From an uncultured Alphaproteobacteria bacterium (lineage in GTDB: Bacteria > Pseudomonadota > Alphaproteobacteria > Rhizobiales > Hyphomicrobiaceae), in NCBI GenBank assembly GCA_963821565.1, contig CAWGEK010000014.1, positions 14,765-78,764 of the forward strand: DNA of 64,000 bases, read 5' to 3'. How positions within the stretch are numbered: position 1 is the stretch's first letter; each line of letters opens with the position of its first letter. Both the position numbers and the translations under genes were made by a program. The notes under the pieces were generated by a model, which searched no databases, had not been told where the DNA came from, and worked only from the letters and a program-made list of their open reading frames with translations. Shown one piece after another: positions 56,380 to 64,000 of the stretch.

Positions 56380-56448
56380 GAGAGGGCGTCTCTATGCTTC
56401 AGGTGCATTGCGAAGTCCGTGCTCATGCAGAGCCTTGAATCATAAATC

Positions 56449-57202
56449 TCAGGCGAACGCCTTGAGGATCGTGCGCAGGCTCAAAAGGACGACGACGCAG
56501 CCGACGATCAGCATCAGCACCTTGTCGGGCAATGTGCTTTGTCGCGAGCGCCGCGAAGGGAGCCGCGATGACGCCGCCGATGATGAGCCCGAGGATGATC
56601 GGCCACAGGCTCAGGCCGACGGTGACGAGGAACGTGGTCGAGATGGTCAGCGTGACGAAGAACTCGGCGAGGTTGACGGAGCCGATGGCGTAGCGCGGCG
56701 TCGTGTCCTTGGCCGAGCAGCGTCGAGGTGACGATGGGCCCCAGCCGCCGCCGCCGAGCGCGTCGAGCAAAGCCGCCGACGAAGCCGAGCGGTGCGACGT
56801 GGCGGGGCGGCTCCTCGATCGGACGTGTGCGAGCGGTGTAGCGCCTTCCAGATGATGAATACGCCGAGGAGCAGCAGGTAGCCGCTGATGAAGGGCTTCG
56901 ATGGTCGTCGCCCGGGAGCTCGGGTCAGCACGTAGGCACCGATGCCGCCGCCGATCATGCCGGGCAACGGCAAGCCGCCATATAAGATTGCGGTCGACGT
57001 TGCCGATCCGCCAATGCGCGAGCCCCGATGCGCCGGTGGTGAACGTTTCAGCCGCGTGCACGCATGCGCTTGCCGTCGCCGGCGGGATGCCGAGGCTCAG
57101 CAGCACGGAGCTTGCGGTCACGCCATAGGCCATGCCGATGGCGCCGTCGATCATCTGCGCGACGAAGCCGATGATGACGTAGAGAAGAATGTCGTCCCAC
57201 AT
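56449..57202 (-). CDS. TauE/SafE-family sulfite exporter (second subfamily)
   Basis: AQMIDGAIGMAYGV, ASACVHAAE, GGGGWGP, GSVNLAEFFV. Confidence 0.88.
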
Positions 57203-57253
57203 GTGAGGCGGCTCGGTGATTGTCGGGTTCGGACCCGGCTTCTGGTCGTTGGA

Positions 57254-58775
57254 TCAGATCGAATAGTCGGGCGGGCTTTCGATTTCGACGGCGACGCCCG
57301 CCGCGCGCAGGATCAGCGCCACCTCGTTGGCGCGGCGGCGGAACTCGCTTTCCGCCTGCGGCTGGTCCTTGATGTCGGCGTTGAGGCCGCGCTCGAGCAT
57401 GGCACGGGTCAGCACGAACGTGTCGGCGTTGGTCTCGGCCGCTTCCGCGCTCACCGCCGTCACGACGCCGCCGGCGATGGACGCGCCGGTGATCGCATCG
57501 ACAAGCATGAAGCTGCCGGTCTCGGGTGCGTCGGCGAAGGTGTCGATCGCGGCCGCCCGCCCGAGCGCGATGTGGGCGATGGCGATGTCGTTGACGGAGC
57601 AGACCGATGACGGATGCGCCGCCAGCGTCTCGAGATCGAGGAGCGAGCGGATCTCGAGGCTGGACACGGGGATGAGGTCGGTTGCGGTGCGCAGCAGATA
57701 GGCGCCGCGCGGATCGAAGGCGGTCTCGCAGAGCCAGACGAGGCGCGTCTCGAGGCTTCGGGCGACGACAGGCTTGGCGTCGGCCTTAGAGAGCACGGCG
57801 CCACGCGCGATGTCGAGATCGATGTCGAGCTGGATCGCGACCGCCTGGCCCTGGCGCGCCTCGTCGAGGTCGCGGTCCATGGTGGCGATGCGCTGGACGC
57901 GGGCGACGCGCTTCGAGAGCGCATCGACGACCGTCTCGCCGACACGCACGGAGCCTGCGCTCACGGTGCCTGCGAGCCCGCGGAAGTCGCGCCCATCGCG
58001 CAGCACCGTCTGCACGGGAAAGCGGAATGGGCCCGTGGCCTCGGTGCCGCGGCTCGGCAGCTCCTCGAGGTGCGCGAGAAGGTGCGGGCCCTTGTACCAG
58101 GGCATGTGCTCGCTCTTTCTCGCGACGTTGTCGCCGGAGACGGCGGCGGCCGGAATGGCGATCGCTTCCCAGAAGCCGAAGCGCCAGGAGAGCGTCTGGA
58201 AGTCGGCTTCGATCTGGCGGAACTTCTGCTCCGACCAATCGACGAGATCCATCTTGTTGACGATGAGGATCACGCGCTTGACGCCGACGAGATCGAGGAT
58301 CGCGGCGTGGCGGCGCGTCTGCTTCTTGATGCCGTGGCGCGCGTCGACGAGCAGGATGGCGACGTCGGCGTGGGAGGCGCCCGACGCCATGTTGCGCGTG
58401 TATTGCTCGTGGCCCGGGCTGTCGATGACGACGAAGCGGCGCGTCGCGGTGTCGAAGTAGCGCCAGGCGATGTCGATCGTGATGCCCTGCTCGCGCTCGG
58501 CAACGAGGCCGTCCATGAGCAGGCTGAAGTCGGGATTGCCGCCGTCGACCTTCTTGCCGCGCTGCAGTGTCTCGCGCTGATCGTCGAAGAGATCCGTCGC
58601 GTCCCAGAGCAGGCGGCCGATCAACGTCGACTTGCCGTCGTCGACGGAGCCGCACGTCAAAAGGCGGAGCATGCCGGAAAGCTCGGGCGCGAGCCCCGTG
58701 CGCACGGCGACGGCGTCCACTCGGCAATTGCGCGGCGGAGGCCTTCGCCTTCTCAAAAGCAGGCTGGACCGTCAT
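57254..58775 (-). CDS. cysN: sulfate adenylyltransferase subunit 1 (GTPase)
   Basis: [41 protein letters not shown]. Confidence 0.95.
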
Positions 58776-59682
58776 CAGAAGTATCCCTCCTGCTTCTTCT
58801 TCTCCATGGCGCCGGCCTGGTCATGGTCGATGAGGCGGCCGATGCGTTCGGACGTGCGCGCGCCCACCGTCTCGGCGACGACGCTTTCGATATCCGTAGC
58901 GTCCGAACTCGACGGCGGCGGTCAGCGGATAGCAGCCGAGGGTGCGGAAGCGCACGCGCCGCTGCTTCACCTCCTCGCCGGGCTTCAGCGGCAGGCGGTC
59001 GTCGTCGCGCATCAGGAGCTGACCGTTGCGCAGAATGGTCGGGCGCTCCTTGGCGAAGTAGAGCGGCACGACGTCGAGCTTCTCGCGCAGGATGTAGCGC
59101 CAGACGTCGCGCTCGGTCCAGTTCGAGAGCGGGAAGACGCGCACCGTCTCGCCGGCGCCGAGGCGGCCGTTCAAGAGGCGCCACATCTCGGGGCGCTGGC
59201 GGCGCGGATCCCAGCGGTGACCCTCGGCGCGGAACGAGAAGACGCGCTCCTTGGCGCGGCTCGCTTCCTCGTCGCGGCGCGCGCCGCCGAAGGCCGCGTC
59301 GAAGCCGTACTTGTCGAGCGCCTGCTTGAGCGGCACGGTCTTCATGACGTCGGTGTAGACGGACGGCGCGTAGTCGATCGGGTTGATGCCCTTGGCGAGA
59401 CCGTCCTCGTTGGTGTGGACGATGAGCTCGAGGCCGAAGTCGGCAACCGTCTTGTCGCGGAAGGCGATCATGTCGCGGAACTTCCACGTCGTGTCGATGT
59501 GGAGCAGCGGAAACGGCAGCGGTGCCGGCCAGAAGGCCTTGCGCGCCAGGTGCAGGAGGACGGTCGAAGTCCTTGCCGATCGAGTACATGAGCACGGGCC
59601 GGCGGAACTGGGCCGCCGCCTCGCGGAAGATATGGATGCTCTCGGCTTCGAGGAGGTCGAGATGCGAGATTGTGGCCGTCAT
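58775..59682 (-). CDS. cysD: sulfate adenylyltransferase subunit 2
   Basis: [55 protein letters not shown]. Confidence 0.96.
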
Positions 59683-59686
59683 GCGC

Positions 59687-60554
59687 TCATCGCCTCGTAA
59701 CTGCCGTGGCCACGGCTTTGGAGGCCGCGGCAGGTTTCGCTGGCGGGCCGTTGTGCAGGCCGCACTCCTGCCCGTTCTCTTTTGCCTCCCACCACCAGCG
59801 GCCGGCGCGGATGTCCTCGCCGGGGCGGATGGCGCGCGTGCACGGCTGGCAGCCGATCGACGGGAAGCCTTGCGCGTGGAGCGGATTGATCGGGATCGCG
59901 TGATCGGCGACGAAGCTCTCGAGTCGTTCGAGCGTCCAGTCGGCGATCGGGTTGACCTTGATCAAGCTGTGCTCTGCGTCCCACGTCGGCGAACGGAACA
60001 TGCGGCTCGGCCCACGGACTGCTCGCGCCGCATCCCGGTGATCCAGCCAGCGGCACCTTTGAGCGCGCGGTTGAGCGGGCGCACCTTGCGAATGTCGCAG
60101 CAGGCCTTGCGGTTCTCGACCGAGTTGCGAAAGCCGAAGATGCCGTCGCGCGCGACGAGCGCCTCGACCTCCTTCGCGTCGGGGAACATGACGCGGATCT
60201 TGAGGCCGTAGACGTTCTCGCTGTCCTCGAGTGTCTGCAGCGTCTCGGGAAAGTGGCGACCGGTGTCGAGCGTGAAGACGTCGAATTTCGGCGCGGTCTT
60301 GGCGATGCCATGGAGCACGGCCTGATCCTCGATGCCGAGGCTCGTCGAAAAGGTGACGCGACCGGGGATCGCCTTGGCGATCGCGGCAAGGCGGTCTTCG
60401 AGATTATCGAGCTTGGCGAGGCGCTGGTCGAGCGCTCGGGCGCGGCGCACGCCGTCCTTATTAGCCGGCTCGGCCGCGTCGTTCGGGGTCGCAGGGGCTG
60501 CGCCCGGCCCGCGCCGCTCGTGCCGCGGCGTGGCGGGATGTCCACTTTGGGCAT
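59687..60554 (-). CDS. cysH: APS reductase-type CysH (4Fe-4S)
   Basis: [39 protein letters not shown]. Confidence 0.93.
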
Positions 60555-60778
60555 CGGGGGTCCTCCGTATGGCCGGAACGTAGTGAAAAACTGTTCCTAA
60601 ATAAAGGGCATCCAATAAATAAGAATAGGATGTCGTTCCTCCAGCCCGGAAATGAGGAAAAATTGTACCAATCGCGGGCTGCGGAGAACGATTTATTGCG
60701 CTCGGGTTCCGCGCCGCACACGGGTGTCTGCCGCGGCGGAAACAATCGGCTCCGTTATCGCTGCGATTCACATCTCCT

Positions 60779-61223
60779 TTACCAGGCGCCGGCGTTGGGC
60801 ATCGAGGCCCATGGCTCCTGTTTCGGGAGCGCGGCGCCTTTCTGCGAGAAGCTCGATCGAGATGTCGTCAGGCGAGCGGACAAATGCCATGCGTCCGTCA
60901 CGCGGCGGCCTGTTGATCGTCACGCCGCCGGCCATCAAGTGCGCTGCAAGCGGCGTAGATGTCGTCGACCTCGAACGCAAGATGCCCGAAGTTGCGGGCG
61001 GAGCCGTAGATTTCCGGATCCCAGTTGTGCGTGAGCTCGAGAAGCGGTGCGCGCTCAGCGTTCGGCGCGGGGTTTATCAGCAGGCGCGGAAAGGAAGATC
61101 AGCGTGAACCGTCCCGCCGGATTGTCGACTGCGGCGGACCTCCTCGAGGCCCAAGAGCCCGCAGTAGAATGCGAGGCTCGCTTCGACGTTGCTGATGCGC
61201 ACCATCGTATGCAAATAGCGCAT
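60779..61223 (-). CDS. gloA: lactoylglutathione lyase / VOC family protein
   Basis: [45 protein letters not shown]; frameshifted. Confidence 0.85.
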
Positions 61224-61832
61224 CGGACTCTCCTTGCGGTCGTGAAGGTCGAGTCCGACGTCTACGCCGACTGCGATCGTGCGATCGTCGCGCAAAAGAG
61301 CCGCCAAGCATCCTAGAGATGGCAATTTTTGCTCAAGCAGAACATTACGATCGGTTGCAGCTCGTCGAGGTCCACACGCGGACATCGCAGGTGCGCACTG
61401 GGGATAAGCGGTGGATGATCCGAGCACGCTGCATTCGAGTCGCCAGAAGCCTTCATCAGTCTGCGGAGCGAGACAATACGGGCGAATCAGAGCGGAAGAA
61501 ATCAAGGCCTGCGCAGTGGCAGTAATCGCATGAAAGGGCCGAGGTCGATCAGTGTTCAACAGGATTAAGAAAACTATTTTGGGGAAGAATCAATTACTAA
61601 AAAACGGTTAATCCAATCAAGCCGTTATGGTGCTTATTCTCATGTGGACATGAACGCAATGAGCCGTTGCAGGGCATCGGACGAGGAGCGAGGGGGGCTA
61701 GCGGGACGCATCTCAAGTGTTATTCTCCGGCGCGTCACGGAAGCAGTCCGGCCAATGTAGAGGGCAGAGGCTGGATTGAGGGTTTCCGAGACGCAAGATG
61801 TTCAACGTGGACCAGTAAGGCGGGGTACGACA

Positions 61833-62436
61833 ATGGGGGATTCCAAGCTACCTCCGGAGTTTCCGGGCGGCGGGGTTTTGATTGAAAGCGACGTGGAGCG
61901 TCTCGACGAGGCCGGTTTGGAGGTCTTCGAGATTGCCGGCGTCATCAAGTGGTTCGACGTCGCCAAGGGCTACGGGTTCATCGTTCCGGACAATGGTTTG
62001 GCGGATGTCCTGCTGCACGTCACTTGCCTCAGGGCCGGTGGCTATCAGACAGCCTACGAAGGCGCCAGGGTACACTGCCAGGTGCTGCGCCGTCCAAAGG
62101 GCATGCAAGCCTTCCGCATACTCTCCATGGACGAAAGCACGGCAATTCACCCCTCGCTCCTGCCGCAGCGGACGCACGTTCATGTGCAGCCCGAAAGCGA
62201 CTGGGAACGGGCGATCGTCAAGTGGTTCAACCGCGTACGCGGTTTTGGCTTCTTGACGAAAGGGCGAGGGCACCCCCGATATCTTCGTGCATATGGAGAC
62301 GCTCAGGCGCTTCGGCTTCACCGAGCTCAGGCCAGGCCAGATGGTCCAGGTGCGCTGGGGTATGGGCTCCAAGGGTTGCATGGCGGCTGAGCTGCGACCC
62401 GACGGGGCGGCAGCGGGGATCACGTCGCCGCATTGA
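61833..62436 (+). CDS. cold-shock protein with two CSD domains
   Basis: KWFDVAKGYGFI..DVLLH and KWFNRVRGFGFL..DIFVH. Confidence 0.92.
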
Positions 62437-62447
62437 GCGGTGGGACC

Positions 62448-62967
62448 ATGCGCATCACAGGAATTTCGAGCGGGGCTGCCAAATCGGCGGCCCTTCTTCT
62501 TTTGGTCGGCGTTCCGGCTGGCGGTCGTCGGCTACGCGCAGTGGCAGGAGCCGGCTCGCGGTGCCGGTGAGACCGCCAGCCAAGATCACCTCGAGCTCAT
62601 CACGGCGGCAGGGGCGAAGTCGATCGACATCGAGGTCGCGGCGACGCCCGAGCAGCAGGCGCTCGGTCTCATGTTTCGAACGAGCCTCGCTGACACGAAG
62701 GGCATGCTGTTCCCCTACGGCGAGGCGCGCGAGCTCACGATGTGGATGAAGAACACCTACATCCCGCTCGACATGGTCTTCATCCGGGCCGATGGCACGG
62801 TGCATCGCATCGAGGTGAAGACCGAGCCGCTTTCGGAGCGGGTCATCTCGTCGGGCGGCCCCGTGACCGCGGTCCTTGAGCTCGCGGGCGGGGCGGCCGA
62901 GCGGCTTGGCTTGAAGCCCGGCGATCAGGTGCGCCATCCGCATTACTTTCAAGCGCCGGCGCGCTGA
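62448..62967 (+). CDS. DUF192 family protein
   Basis: EVA..QALGLMFR, GMLF, MWMKNTYIPLDMVFI, VLELAGG. Confidence 0.92.
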
Positions 62968-63008
62968 GGCGCTCAGTGCCACGAACTTCGCGAGGCTGGT
63001 TTGCCGTC

Positions 63009-63899
63009 ATGAGCGATGCGCGTGAGAGCAGCCGGACACGCATCCTCGAGCTCAGTCAGGGACGCAAGGTGTGCGTGGCGGAGTATGGAGCGCGTGACGG
63101 CCTTCCGGTGATCACCTTACATGGCACGCCGGGCTCGCGGCTCAAGTACGCGGCCGCGGACGCGACGGCGACGTCGCTGGGGTTGAGGCTCATCAGCCCC
63201 GATCGCTGGGGATATGGCGGAACGGATACCCATCCCAAGCCAAGCCTCTCCGAATACGCTCGCGACATGCGCTCGCTGGCGGACCTGCTCGGCCTCGGCC
63301 GGTTCGCCTTGATCGGCATCTCGGGCGGGGGACCCTATGCACTTGCCGCGGCGGCTCACTGGGATCGCGCATCACACGGCTTGCGCTCGTCGCTCCCGTG
63401 GGGGCGGTCTCCGAAATACCTTGGCGCGAGATGCGTCCGTTCCACCGCTTCTGCTTCCGCGTCCTGCCGCGCATACCCGGCGGCACGAGATTGGTCTTCA
63501 GAGCGTACCGCAGGATGCTTCAGGTCGCACCCAAGTCCGCTATCTGCTGTCGCGACATTTCGGACGGCTCGCGCCGACATCGAGCTCGCAGCGATGGCGG
63601 ATATTGGGACCAGACTCGCCGCGACCTTCCGCGAAGGTCTCCGTCAGGGCGCCGCCGGACCTGCGATCGATCTCAAGCTCTTCTCGCGCGCGTGGGATAT
63701 TCGTCCCGGCGATATCGAAGCGACGACGCGATTGTGGCTCGGCCGAGAGGACCGGAACATCCCGCAGTCGGCCGTTCGCCTGCTGGCGCAGAAGATCCCG
63801 CTGGCGGAGCTTACGCAGCTCGAAGGGCAGGGACATCTCTGGGTTTTGCGGAACTATGGTGACGTCTTCGGATGGGTGGCAGGGGCGGGGTCGCGGTGA
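63009..63899 (+). CDS. alpha/beta hydrolase
   Basis: HGTPGSR, DRWGYG, nucleophile elbow GISGG, D-RNIP, GHL. Confidence 0.88.
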   Translation: MSDARESSRTRILELSQGRKVCVAEYGARDGLPVITLHGTPGSRLKYAAADATATSLGLRLISPDRWGYGGTDTHPKPSLSEYARDMRSLADLLGLGRFALIGISGGGPYALAAAAHWDRASHGLRSSLPWGRSPKYLGARCVRSTASASASCRAYPAARDWSSERTAGCFRSHPSPLSAVATFRTARADIELAAMADIGTRLAATFREGLRQGAAGPAIDLKLFSRAWDIRPGDIEATTRLWLGREDRNIPQSAVRLLAQKIPLAELTQLEGQGHLWVLRNYGDVFGWVAGAGSR

Positions 63900-64000
63900 A
63901 TGTTCGGGCCATCCGGCGTCAGTTCCAATGCTCCGCAAGTGTCGCAATTGTAGGCAATAAGCCGTCGAAACCAATCAAACTGCCTGTCGCTCGGGCAGGA

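Noticed and set aside
57614-59329. Long antisense ORFs opposite cysN/cysD and many other genes
   Set aside because: Shadow ORFs typical of high-GC codon bias, with no recognisable motifs
61224-61832. tRNA or ncRNA between gloA and the cold-shock gene
   Set aside because: No cloverleaf or recognisable family; it looks like divergent promoters plus a long 5' UTR
1-64000. Mass pseudogenisation or programmed frameshifting suggested by broken ORFs
   Set aside because: Single-base indels hit most genes, including fae, mch, cysD and folK, while catalytic motifs remain intact; this pattern fits sequencing error

Overview
GC-rich alphaproteobacterial chromosomal segment, most likely from a Hyphomicrobiales methylotroph (Hyphomicrobium-like; inferred from gene content and order). 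Most genes, including core ones, carry scattered single-base frameshifts. I read these as uncorrected long-read errors, so many gene boundaries are reconstructed across frames and are approximate. From left to right: two outer-membrane barrel genes, a truncated vWA remnant and a YVTN propeller; a ligase-associated DNA-damage exonuclease/ATP-dependent ligase pair; two divergent stress genes with EcfG-type promoters; an orphan amtB with a sigma54-type promoter; a three-gene unit (membrane-anchored Sel1-like protein plus two translationally coupled dynamin-like GTPases); rfbD and an L,D-transpeptidase. Next is a ~17 kb nitrogen-scavenging island behind a sigma54 promoter: ABC transporter, creatininase-family amidohydrolase, type III GS-like ligase, NikR-fold regulator lacking Ni ligands, 2OG-Fe(II) dioxygenase plus unknown partner, CgdAB, urea/guanidine carboxylase, AtzF, a second GS-III and TetR. 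The remainder holds PepSY/TonB iron uptake, the H4MPT formaldehyde-oxidation cluster (orf9, orf17, fae, orf7, orf5, mch, orfY, mtdB, mptG), pcbD-folK, a cytochrome c, pqqABCDE, sulfate assimilation (cysJI, two TauE, cysNDH), gloA, a double-CSD cold-shock protein, DUF192 and an alpha/beta hydrolase. I found no rRNA, tRNA, CRISPR array or transposase. The best candidates for an undescribed system are the extended guanidino/methylated-N catabolic island and the Sel1-dynamin-dynamin operon.
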